DNA of 64,000 bases from Octopus vulgaris (lineage: Eukaryota). The notes below the pieces were generated by a model. The model did no database searches and had not been told where the DNA came from. It worked only from the letters and a program-made list of their open reading frames with translations. This document shows positions 53,065 to 64,000 of the stretch, one piece after another. How positions within the stretch are numbered: position 1 is the first letter of the stretch; every line of letters begins with the position of its first letter. The stretch is from contig OX597840.1 in NCBI GenBank assembly GCA_951406725.2, forward strand, positions 22,072,001 through 22,136,000. The letters run 5' to 3'. The position numbers and the translations under genes are program-made.

Positions 53065-53827
53065 AGTCTACTTACCTGACATCTATCAATCTTACTTCTG
53101 CTTAACTTGTTACTCCAACCACACTTTTACCATTTCTCTCTCTCCCTAATCTTGTTTACCTTTCTCCCATCTCCGCACAATTTCTATTTCTGATTCATTT
53201 TACTTCTGCCTAGATTTGCCTAACTTTTACAGACAGATTCATTCATTTGTCTGTCTATATTCATACAAACCTGTAAAGAAGAAAAAATTCACTTGGAAAT
53301 TAAAGAAAACAACTTAAAGAAAAAGAAGAAAAAAACACAAAAGCAAAGCAGACTAAGATTCCATTAATCTACGAATTTTGTATGACTGTCGTCTCAGCAC
53401 AAAATATATATATATATATCATCATCATCATATATATAGTATACCATTACAATTTATACACACACACACACACATAAATATATATAATACACACACACAT
53501 ATATAACATTAAACTAGTTTCTCTAAAAAGTTTTCTTATTAGCTTTGTGGATTTTTTCTGTTCTCTATTTTAGCTTACATGACAAATATTGATTTTCATA
53601 AACTTTCTTTTCTCTACTTTAAAAGATTGACTATTTAGTCACACATACAATTTCTTTGTCTTTCTCTTTATCTCTCTCTTTCTCTTTGTGAATACCCACC
53701 ATGCCTACACACACTCTCTCTTTCTACACACACATCCATAACATAGATGTATATATGTAATTTTCTCATCAGTAACAACATCAAAATATTCAAACTGGAA
53801 TCCCAAAATAGATTTCTCACCACCGCC

Positions 53828-54184
53828 ATGGATCACAGCAACGAAATATCTTTAGCATCGCAGATATTCAGGTCAAACAATTTCCATCACCATGAGCGTT
53901 TACACTCACACCATTTCATTTATGGCAATAAGAAGCTGCTGTACAACATTAAAATAGCCATTGTGGTCACCCTGGGAGTCATCGTTGTGCTTGGCTGTAT
54001 CATATACATTGTATTGCAGTGTCGACGGAAGACACGTGTCACGTTCTTGCTTCCGCGACACCGGGACTCTTTCTCAGATCAACATAACCTGATAGACAGT
54101 GTTGAAACCACAGAGACTCTGCTCAATGGAGAGCTTGGCATCAAAGAACGGGATGATGAACAGTGCCGAGAATTCTATGTTTGA
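53828..54184 (+). CDS. Small single-pass membrane protein (118 aa from the Kozak ATG, or terminal exon of a longer gene) with C-terminal PDZ-ligand-like REFYV
   Basis: Optimal Kozak context accgccATGg; hydrophobic IAIVVTLGVIVVLGCIIYIVL followed by CRRK; non-repetitive, GC-richer island; acceptor ttttctcatcag| at 53772 with the frame open through it; AATAAA at 54450. Confidence 0.8.
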   Translation: MDHSNEISLASQIFRSNNFHHHERLHSHHFIYGNKKLLYNIKIAIVVTLGVIVVLGCIIYIVLQCRRKTRVTFLLPRHRDSFSDQHNLIDSVETTETLLNGELGIKERDDEQCREFYV

Positions 54185-54357
54185 TGGGGGGCTTTTTTGT
54201 TTAAATTTCTTGATTTTTTGATACTTCATTATTTTTGTGTTTTTTTTTAATATTTAGAAGCAGTAAAAAAAAAAAGAACAAAAAAATGTTACCATTGTAC
54301 AAAATATAATGATGTCAGAAAAAATACAAGAAAAATTATCTTTTCATAATTACAACA

Positions 54358-54358
54358 C

Positions 54359-54410
<52 letters not shown>

Positions 54411-54446
54411 TGTTATTGTTGTTATTATTATTATTATTATTATTAT
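54358..54446. repeat. (TAA)n immediately followed by (TTA/TTG)n
   Basis: Complementary trinucleotide tracts able to fold back within the putative 3' UTR. Confidence 0.85.
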
Positions 54447-54449
54447 ACC

Positions 54450-54455
54450 AATAAA
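54450..54455 (+). promoter_or_regulatory. Candidate polyadenylation signal of the membrane-protein gene
   Basis: AATAAA ~270 nt after the stop codon; the hexamer is common in AT-rich DNA. Confidence 0.35.
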
Positions 54456-55386
54456 TTGTGATAACAACCTCTGTACAATATCAAACCTGTATTCTACCCA
54501 ACTCTATCCCTAATCCTTACAAATAGCACCCTTCAGAAAACCCTAAATTATCCCAATGATAGAAGCTTTCATTCTATATCAAATATGAAACCTAGTTGGT
54601 AGTAAAATGTAGGTAAAATATTACATTTATAATCAAATGGATTGCATTGCAATCCCAGTCTGCAGCACCTTTGGTAAGCGCTTTCTTCCATATTCCTTGG
54701 ATGGACATGTGACTTGCGAGTAAAATTGCATAGATTAAAACAGAATAGTAGCCAGTGTCTTATTAATATCAAACTTAATATATATATATAATTGTGAATA
54801 TATATATACACATATACATATATCATCATCATCATCATGATTTAACATCCATTTTCAATGCAGGCATAGGTTGGACAGTTTCTACAGTAGCTCACAAGCC
54901 AGAGAGCTGCACTAGGCTGCAGTTGTCTGTTTTGACATGGTTTCTATGACTGGATGCCCTTCCTAAGACCAACCACTTCACTGAGTGTACAGGGGGCTTT
55001 TTATGTGGCAGCAGCACATAAGCTTTTTTATGTCAGTTTGGACGTGTCATCCAGGCATTTGCCACATGAAGCATTTGCACAAATGGTGGTCATCTGAAAA
55101 ACATCTGTAGAGTATAACATGATAACATCAAAGAATGGAGTTAGCTATATAAAAGACAGGCTAGGCTCAGGCATGGCTGCATGGTTTAGAAGTTTGCTTC
55201 CCAACAACATGACTTTAGGTTCAGTTTCACTTCACTGCGCCTTGAGTGTTTTCTACTGTAATATAACCCCAGGCAGTGCAAAGCCTTGCAAAGGAATTTG
55301 GAACTTGGTAGACGGAAACTGAAAGAAACCTATATATAAATATATATATATACATACATATATGCCTGCACATGCACAAATATATG

Positions 55387-55428
<42 letters not shown>

Positions 55429-55796
55429 CACACACACATACGTACATACATATACACACATGCACATTTGTGTATGCATATATTTATGTATATATTTATA
55501 TTTTTATATACATGTACACATAGAGTTCAAATTCTGGTTGTGCTGCCTGTTACCAGGGTCAATAAAATATCAACTATGTGCTGCTTTCAATTTAATCTGC
55601 TCTAAATCCAAATTTGTAGCCTTGTGCATTTGTTAGAGATTATTTAAAAAAACAAGAAGAAGAGTTCAGCTGTTTGACTGTTTATTAAAATGAAAATGAA
55701 ACAAATGAACAGTGTGACTGTTTTCTTGTTTCTTTACCTTTGTAGAGAGTAACTTCAATCTTGAAATATTATTATTATTATTGTTATTATTATTAA

Positions 55797-56680
55797 GGCA
55801 GTGAGCTCACAGAATTGTTAGCATGCCAGGCGAAATGCCTATCAGCATTTCATCTGCCTTGATGTTCTGAATTCAAATTTCGCCGAGGTTGACTTTGCCT
55901 TTCATCCTTTCGGAGTTGATAAATTAAGTACCAGTTACATACTGAGGTCAATCTAATTGACTGGTCCTTCTCCCAAAATTTCAGGCATTGTACCTATTGT
56001 AGGAAGGATTATTATTATCATTATTATTAAGGCAGCAAGCTGGCAGAATCATTAGCACACCAGACAAAATGCTTAGCAGTATTTCATTTGTCTTTACGTT
56101 CTGAGTTCAAATTGCACCAAAGTCAACTTTGCCTTTTCGTCCTTTCAGGGTCGATAAAATAAGTACCAGTTAAATACTGGTGTTGATGTAATTGACCAAA
56201 CCCCTCTTATGGAACTGCTGGCCTTGTGCCAAAATTTGAAACCATTATTATTATTATTATAACAAAGGTAGTGACCTTTCAGGATTAATAAAAAAAAAAA
56301 AAAGGACCAATCAAGTACTGGGTTCAATGATATTGATTAATCCCCACACCCCATAAAAATTTCGGGCCTTTTGCCAAAATTGGAACAAAATGCTTAGCAG
56401 CATTTCTTCCAGTTTTATGTTCTGAATTCAATTTCTCCCGAGGTCAACTTTACCTTTAATCCTTTCAGGGTCAATAAAATAAGTACCAGTTACGCACTGG
56501 GGTCGGTGTAACCAACTTAACCCCCACCTTAAATTCCTGGCCTTATGCCAAAATTTAAAACCATAATTGATATTATGAAGAATTGACAGAAAACCAAATC
56601 AGTAGAATGGTGCAAAACATGCTTTGCAGCATTTCGATATGTCCCTTTGCTTTCTGAGTTCAAATTCTGGCAATGTTGGC
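55797..56680 (+). mobile_element. Head-to-tail cluster of 4-5 Nin-domain SINE copies or fragments separated by (TTA)n
   Basis: Repeated ggcagtgagctggcagaat..gagttcaaatt..gactttgcctttcatcctttcggggtcgataaaataagtaccagt at about 55797, 56030, 56385 and 56575. Confidence 0.8.
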
Positions 56681-57124
56681 TGTGTACTTGTGTTTGAGAT
56701 TATTATTATTGTTATTATTATTATTATTATTGCCATAGGTATTATTATTATTCTACACTTTGATCTTAGCCAAAAGCCGATTAAAAAATACGAAGAGCAC
56801 GATGCGATTTTTATAGATATCTTATTGGTTGAACAATATTCCAACAGTTTGCCTGTCTTTGTCGAGTTCAAAGTGAAAAGAACTCAACAAAGACAAGCAA
56901 GCTGTCGAAATATCCTTCAACCAATAAAAACTTCTCTTGCAATCGCATCGTACTCTTTGTTTTGTCTATTTACCTTTGTGAAGAGTTACATCAATCCTTT
57001 TAAAATATTATTATTATCACTTTTCTCTTTAACTCGGGTTTTGTCAGATCTCCTGGAGTCTCGCATGTGTAGTGGGTTTGCTACCTGCAGCTTACAGTAC
57101 CATGCCATCTGTTCTTTTCAGCTA

Positions 57125-57605
57125 ATCTAATGCTTCCCTGGCTATTCTGGCCATGTTAAGGAGGCAACCCTTTTGAAACAGTTCTACCGGTCACTTTATA
57201 CTGATTTCCTTTATATTCCTCTTTATGTCTTCTGATACTGTCCCCAAGGACCCAACAATAATTGGCACTATCTTTACCTTCTTCATTTTCCATAGGTGGG
57301 CTATTTTATAATTAAGAGGATTGTATATGTCTATTTTCTTGCCTTCCTTCTTGACTGTTTGTGGGTCAGAGGGCCACACATCAATTATATAGCACATGTG
57401 ATACACCTTGTCCACCACCATTAAGTTCTAACACCTGATCTGTTTAGATTGCGAAATCCCACAGGATTTTGTGGGTCTCTGACTCCACCATTCACTGCGG
57501 TTTGCGCTCATACCATGTCTTGCTGCTCTCAAGAACCCACTTTTTTCATAGTTTTCAGTATTGCATTTTTGCTACCTCATTGTGTCACCACAACTTATAA
57601 TATTT
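57125..57605 (-). mobile_element. 3' fragment of an R4/Dong-like RLE LINE
   Basis: HNEVAK, WYERKP..ETHKILWDF, YIIDV..P.D, KY-like motif and IVPIIVGSLGTV, with stops. Confidence 0.8.
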
Positions 57606-57656
57606 GGGGACAAGTCTAGGGCATTCATTTACAATTGTTGTTGTTATCATTATTAT

Positions 57657-57870
57657 GGTGGCAAACTGGCAGAACCATTCGCACTCTGGGCAAAATTTTT
57701 TCCAGCATTTCATTCATCTTTACGTTCAGAGTTTAAATTCCACCAAGGTTGACTTTGCCTTTCATTCCTTCAGGGTCGATAAAATAAGTACCAGTTGAGC
57801 ACTGGGGGGCATTGTAATTGATTAGTCCCTTCCCACAAAATTTCAGGCCTTGTGACTATAGAAGAAAGGA
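57657..57870 (+). mobile_element. Nin-domain SINE
   Basis: Same family as 55797-56250. Confidence 0.8.
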
Positions 57871-58031
57871 TTGTTATTACTGTTGTTGTTGTATGTATGT
57901 ATATACATACATACATACATACATACATACAACAACAACAGTAATAACAATCCTTTTTTCTATAGTCACAAGGCCTGAAATTTTGTGGGAAGGGACTAAT
58001 CAATTACAATGACCCCCAGTGCTCAACTGGT
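57790..58031. repeat. 242-bp near-perfect fold-back palindrome
   Basis: Arms of ~115 bp are reverse complements; the ORF track gives MISPFPQNFRPCDYR on both strands; the centre is (gtat)n/(atac)n. Confidence 0.95.
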
Positions 58032-58306
58032 GTACATACACACACACACATACTCTTAAAATCCCTTATGGAGTAAACATGTATGGCTATGTTGCCGTTG
58101 TTCTGGCACAGCAACGGCAACAACATCACTGGTCATAATATCATTTATAATAAAAGTATTTTAATAACATTTACCACTGCTACTTACTTAATCAACCCCA
58201 GAAAGGGGGGAGTGTGTGTGTGTGTGTGTGTATGGTTAGACCACATTACTCTGTAAGTTCAGTGCAATGTGGACAAGGAGCATAGGGCCAGTTTCCTGCC
58301 ATCTCT

Positions 58307-58377
<71 letters not shown>

Positions 58378-58792
58378 CTCCTTGGGCAGGACGCTGTCCC
58401 ATCATGCATTACTCATTTTTACCAGTCAAATGGACTGTTGCAACATGAAATGAAATGTTTTGTTCAAGAACACAATGCATCACTTGATCCTGGAATCGAA
58501 ACCACAATCTTACAACCAAGAGTCCAACACCTTAACCACTAAGCCATGCACCTCCACTGTAATTACATTACACCTCAATAGTTGCTTGGTGGACTGGTAG
58601 AATCGATAGAGTGACAGATAAAATGCTTTGTGGTATTTAGTTGTGACCCTTGACATTCTGAGTTCATATCCCACCAACATCAGCTTTGTCTTTCATTCTT
58701 CCAGGGTAGTTAAACTAAGTCGCTATCAGTGAAGTGCTGGCATCAGTTAAATTGGTTATACCCCAACAACAATATTTATGACATTGTGTCTC

Positions 58793-59458
58793 TAGAACCG
58801 ACAAAATTTGGAACATTGTGATTATGTTAGGGCCCATAACATTTGTGAATTGTATTTATGTTACAACCCACAAAATCTGTCATATTGCATCTATATTACA
58901 ACCCACAAAATCTGTGATGTGACTATTAGAACCCACAAAATTTGTGATATTGCATCTGTGTTACAACCCACAAAATCTATTATGTGACTATTAGAACCCA
59001 CAAAATTTGTGATGTGTTTGTTAGAACCCACATATCTTGTGATATGCTTATGTTAGAAATCACAAATTTTGTGACATTGTGACTATGTTACAACCCACGA
59101 AATTTGTGACATTGTTTCTATTTAAGAACCCAATTTGTGACATTTTGTTTATGTTGTGATGTGATATGTTAGAATGTACAACATTTGTGATGCTGTGTCT
59201 GTCAGAACCCACAAGATTTGTGACATAACAACATTAGAACCCACAAGATTTGTGAAGTAACAACATTAGAAATCACAAGATTTGTGATGTTCTGTCTATG
59301 TTGTGATAAGTTTGAACCTGCAAAATTTGTAATGCTATGTCTATGTCAGAACCCACAAAATTTGTAATGTTGTGATTCGTTAGAATCTACAATATTTGTG
59401 ACATTGTAACTTTCTCAGAACCCACAAAATTTGTGACATTGTGTCTTCATTAGAACTC
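58793..59458. repeat. Minisatellite, ~19-20 units of 30-35 bp (tagaacccacaaaatttgtgacattgtgtctatgt)
   Basis: Units counted by eye; conserved quasi-palindromic core cacaa-aat-ttgtg. Confidence 0.9.
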
Positions 59459-60504
59459 AGTATAGCATATAAAATATTATAATCCAGCTGAGATCAAATA
59501 TGCTTTTTTCTTTCTTTTGTTAGCAGGGTACTGATTAAATAACCATCAGTAATATATTGTATTATAGATCTAATCAGTTGTATCCTGTTTCAATAAGTTT
59601 GGCCACATGCCAAAATCAATACATTCTAATTGCTCTATTAATAACGAATATTAGTATAATGACAAGAGTGATTGCTATTGTATTGTTTGTGATAATAAAA
59701 ATACATATTATAATGTATAGAACGAGATGATTGATGATAACAAAAATAATAATAATGGTGATGGAGAAGATATGCTAAATGAAAAAAAATAGAATGAAAT
59801 GGATTGTTGGAAAAGAACAAGTAATAATGAAAAAGATACAAATGAGAAATAAAAAATTTCTAAAAATTTAAATGTTTAATGCCTTTTCTTGTTTTTTATA
59901 TTTCTTTTGTGAATGTGTGAAAAATAATCAGAAACATTATCTGATGCACTGGCTTTCTTTATTTGCATTAATTTGTGAACATAGATTTCACCATGAAGGC
60001 ACATGGCTCTGTGGTTTGAGCATCAGGTTCAAAATTGTGGTAATGAGTTCGATTCTTGGACCGAGCTGTGTGTTGTGTTCTTAAGCAAGACACTTTAATT
60101 TATATTTCTCCAGTTTACTCAGCTGTAGAAATGAGTTGTGGCATCACTGGTGCCAAGCTGTATCAGCCCCTTTGCCTTTCCCTTGGACAACATCAGTGGC
60201 ATGGAGATGGGAGGCTTATATGTATGGGTGACTGCTGGTCTTCCGTAAAACAACTTTGCCAAGACTTGTGCCTTGGAGAGGAACTTTATCCTTTATATAT
60301 TTCATCATCATTTAACGTCCACTTTCCATACTGGCAGGGGTTAGACAGCTTGGGTAGAACTGGTGAGCCAGAGAGCTGCACCAGGCTTGGTTTCTACAGT
60401 TGGGTGCCCTTCCTAATGCCAACCACTCTGTGAGTGTAGTCGGTACCATTTATGTGTCACCAGCATGGGTGCCACTTACATGACACCGGCACATATAATA
60501 CAAA

Positions 60505-60872
60505 GAGGATAGAACATCGATTGGCTACGGCACAAAAGGCCATGGAAAGATCCATGTTAGGAATATCATTATGAGAGTATATTTGAAATGAGATGAGTGA
60601 AGAATGGTGCAGAATGAATGATGTGATTGCAGAGTACCAAAAGCACAAGTTCCACTGGGCTGGACATATTGCAAGGTTCACAGACCCATGCAGTTGTCAA
60701 GTATTATCCAAGAGATTGAAAAAAGCCACTTGGAAGGCCTCCATGATGATGGGAAGGGGATTTGGTTAAGTAATTTAGGTTGAGATGGAAAAGAAAGGTG
60801 CAATGAAGATAGAATTGGAAGTGCATTGTGACCAGCAGTGTATAACAGCATCTGATGGCCTGATCAATACTG
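60505..60872 (+). mobile_element. LINE 3' fragment (RTE-like, third family)
   Basis: AQKAMERSMLGISL, FHWAGHIARFT and GRPP-like motifs with stops. Confidence 0.75.
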
Positions 60873-60877
60873 TGAGA

Positions 60878-61100
60878 ACTGTGTGGTAAGAAACTTGTTT
60901 CCCAACCACATGGTTCCAGGTTCAGTCCCACTGCATGACACCTTGGGCAAGTGTCTTCTACTATAGCCTCGGGCCGACCAAAGTGTTGTGAGTGGATTTG
61001 GTAGACAAAAACTGAAAGAAGCCCATCATGTGTCTTTGTGTCTGTGTTTGTCATCTCACCATCACTTGACAACCGATGTTGGTGTGTTTATGTCCCCATT
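60878..61100 (+). mobile_element. tRNA-derived SINE (main family), partial
   Basis: ctgtgtggtaagaa..ggttcagtcccactgc..ccttgggcaagtgtcttctactatagcctcgggccgacc. Confidence 0.8.
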
Positions 61101-61387
61101 ACTCTGACTTTATGGTTTTCTATACTCCTCATGAAATATTTTTATCAATCAGATCGTCTGAATTTTTGGTAACCATGACATTTCTTTGTATTGGTTTACT
61201 ATGTGAACTGATAGCCGAAAGCATAAGAGGAGCTTTCTGTGATAGCAGCATGGTTCTCTGAATCCACATCTTATCTAGTCAGAGATAGAGTGGGATAAAC
61301 AGACAGACAGAGAAATAAACAGACAGGCAGATATAGACAGGCTGACAGGCAGTTTAGAGATATAAATATATGTATGTAATATACACA

Positions 61388-61815
61388 CACCCAGCGCAAA
61401 CTAAGGACACATAAGAGACATGATGGAGTAACGGGAAGGTTAACGGAGAAAGTAGACTTTGTTTGTGGCAGATGAACAGGAGCAATAAACACTAAGAACA
61501 CATTGGAAGTAGATTTTTCTAGACAAGGAGAATGTCTAAAAGAAGAAGATAGTTTCTGTTAATTAGGTAACCTAATTATCAGCAGTGGAGGATGTTCTGA
61601 AAGTACAGCTGCTAGAATAATAACTGTTTGGAAAAAATCCAGAGAGCTATTAGCTTTGTTGATAACAAAAGGCCTATCTTGCAAAAAGAGAGGCAGGTTG
61701 TATAATACTTATGTACGAATGCCACATGGTTGTGAGATGTGGTCTTGAAAGTGGAGGAGATGCAAAGATTAGAAAGAAAAGATAGTAGCATTTTCTGTTA
61801 GACATGCAAAATATG
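61388..61815 (+). mobile_element. Old RTE LINE fragment (PHD-insert family)
   Basis: Degenerate match to 12494-12920 (acacataagag, tttgtttgtggcagatg, gctagaataa, aaaggcctatct). Confidence 0.7.
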
Positions 61816-62150
61816 TGACAAATTGTAAATGTGTTTATAGAAAATGGGCAGGAGAGGAATCAGATGTATGTATATACATATATATTTATTTATGTACATA
61901 TATATATATTTATTTATGTACATATATATATATATGTGTGTGTGTGTGTATGCATATTTTGTTCTATCTAGAGAGAATCATTATGCAAATATTAATGACA
62001 CACACACTGGTTCAATTCCATTCCTTTATTATTAGTCAATTGATTAGATATCCAACTAACAAATCAATTGTTTGTTTATCTTGGTTAAACAGTGAGTCGT
62101 TTGCATTATTTACATTCAACAGATATTTGTCCTCATCTTGTTTGTTGTTA

Positions 62151-62194
62151 ACACAACGTTTCAGCTGATATACCCTCCAGCCTTCTTCAGGTGT
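62151..62194 (-). ncRNA. Minimal type I hammerhead ribozyme motif with canonical core
   Basis: Minus strand reads acac-CTGAAGA-a-ggctg(gagggtatat)cagct-GAAA-CG-TT-gtgt. Confidence 0.75.
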
Positions 62195-62456
62195 CTTGGG
62201 GAAATTTTGAACCTAGGTTCTCATTCCTAAGCTATTTTTCAATATTATTATTATTACTATTGTTATTTTTAGGTCACTGCTTGGAATCTAACTCGGAATC
62301 TTGGGGCTAGTAGCCTGCGCTCTTAACCACTACGCCATATGCCCACGGCATAAAGAAGTGGAATTGAACCAGTGTGTGTGTGTTAATAATATTGGCATAA
62401 TGACTCTTCCTAGACACAACAAAATTTTTTTCAACACACAAATTCACATAAATAAT

Positions 62457-62520
62457 CTTGCAAACCAGATACAAAAAGGAAATATATATATATATTTCCT
62501 TTTTGTATCTGGTTTGCAAG
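62457..62520. repeat. Perfect 64-bp palindrome centred on (AT)n
   Basis: cttgcaaaccagatacaaaaaggaaatatatatatatatttcctttttgtatctggtttgcaag equals its own reverse complement. Confidence 0.97.
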
Positions 62521-62682
62521 AGCAGTATATTCCTGGTTATGGCAGATAATTGGTCAGACTGTTTTTTCGCCAGTTTTGTGGTGACTGCACTTGGCGATAA
62601 TTGTGTGTGTGTTTATGAAAGCCAAATGCACTCAAGACTAGTAAGTGTGTAGATCTAGCCAACCCATGCGTGCTGTTGCAGT

Positions 62683-63030
62683 TAATGATGATTATGATGG
62701 TGAAGACGATGATACTGATGATGACGACAGTGATGACAAGGATGATGATGACAGTGACAACAACAATTACAATGATGATGAGGACAACAATGATGATGAT
62801 GACGACGACAATGATAAAGATGATGATGATGATTACAACAATAACAACGATGATGATGATGATAAAGACAATGACTAGGATGATGATGGTGGTGGTGACA
62901 ATGATGATGATGACAACGACAATGACCAGGATGATGATGACAACGATAACCTGGAGGAGGATGATAATTATGATGACAATGAAGATATTGACGAAGATGA
63001 GGAGGAGGAGGGGGGAGAAGCAGCAGCAAG
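62683..63030. repeat. Imperfect (GAT/GAC/AAC)n trinucleotide repeat
   Basis: Triplet-periodic low-complexity tract with stops in the Asp-rich frame. Confidence 0.9.
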
Positions 63031-63521
63031 AGGATATACACACAGTATGTATGAATTAGCATTATTCCTTCTTATCATTTGCAAAAAAACACAGTCTTAA
63101 CCTTCAGCGTTTTCAGTTGCTGGCAAATACCCAGTTAAAACTGGACAGTGCGTATAAATATTTTGACGTGCGTGTGTGTGTCCATGTATGTCCATCTATG
63201 GGTGTATGTGTGTGCACATGCATGTGAGTGTGTGTGTGTGCGACTGTGCATCTTCCAATTCTAAAGATCTGACAGACAGATGGACTCTAATTAGGACACA
63301 ATACTATATTTCTAAGCATCATGCTTTCTGAAATCCCCACCCGTCCAACCATGCCATTAATTTTTCACTAAATTCACTCCTAATTGATGTTATCAAATCA
63401 ATTAGCTAAATGAATATCAAAGGTTAATATGTGCATTACACACATACACACACACACACACACGCAAGTGTAAATACATACATCCATACACACATGAATG
63501 CATATGTGCGTGTGTGTGTGA

Positions 63522-63580
<59 letters not shown>

Positions 63581-63644
63581 TATATTTTGTTTATTACACA
63601 GACAGCACTGTGAAGTGGTCAGGTGGATAACCAGAGATGTTAGA

Positions 63645-63810
63645 TATTTATATATTATATTTAAAAGGAGAATTCAGGTAGGTTCAACAATTTAGAATAA
63701 TAATACAACTTATACTCGGCCATAAAACTGTTTTTATGGCCGAGAATATGATGATTTAATTATTCTAAATTGTTGAATCTACCAGAATTCTCCTTTCAAA
63801 TATAATATAA

Positions 63811-63817
<7 letters not shown>
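63645..63817. repeat. ~170-bp imperfect fold-back (MITE-like hairpin) beside (TA)n
   Basis: aaaggagaattcaggtaggttcaacaatttagaataat / attattctaaattgttgaatctaccagaattctccttt around the central ctcggccataaaa-ctgt-ttttatggccgag. Confidence 0.88.
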
Positions 63818-63852
<35 letters not shown>

Positions 63853-64000
63853 CTTATCAATATATATATATTATATTAATATATATATATTTTCTTATCA
63901 ATATATATATACATATTATATTAATATATATATATATATTATTAATGTGTGTGTGTGTGTGTGCGCACGTGTGTGTGAGCTGAATAAAATGAGACAACAA

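Larger units (their letters stand above)
61950..62520 (-). mobile_element. Penelope-like pLTR module with inverted flanks (about 61955-62030 / 62350-62425) and an HHR motif
   Basis: cacacactggttcaattccattcctttat versus ataaagaagtggaattgaaccagtgtgtg; HHR at 62151-62194; a related fragment lies at 35910-35992. Confidence 0.55.

Noticed and set aside
58793-59458. CRISPR-like array
   Set aside because: Repeats are degenerate, linkers are short (10-15 bp) and related to each other, there are no cas genes, and the context is eukaryotic.
62645-63062. Asp-rich (aspein-like) or His-rich protein
   Set aside because: Imperfect trinucleotide microsatellite with stops and frame changes, and no signal peptide or clear exon boundaries.

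Overview
AT-rich, repeat-dominated eukaryotic DNA with no prokaryotic features. The SINE and LINE families and the dense (TA)n/(CA)n tracts suggest an octopus (coleoid cephalopod) genome; this is inference. Nearly all long ORFs in the track are microsatellite artefacts. Main contents: a 1.3 kb (TA)n tract; a ~13.3 kb G/T-rich pentamer (TGTGG-type) satellite containing a 150-bp inverted block; many decayed RTE-clade LINEs, one family with a PHD-like finger inside its RT; two R4/Dong-like RLE LINE relics; two mariner relics; TTAA-flanked MITEs; and three tRNA-derived SINE families. One convincing coding segment encodes a small single-pass membrane protein ending in a PDZ-ligand-like EFYV (53828-54184), and there are a few candidate isolated exons. 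The most notable hidden signal is a set of type I minimal hammerhead-ribozyme (HHR) motifs with palindromic loop III, typical of Penelope-like element pLTRs. They lie in ORF-less modules that are mostly next to (TA)n tracts and often have inverted termini. The best case is a 3.1 kb element (46342-49447) with ~0.87 kb inverted arms, each carrying an outward-reading HHR motif with an unusually long stem II. Several perfect or near-perfect fold-back palindromes are also present.
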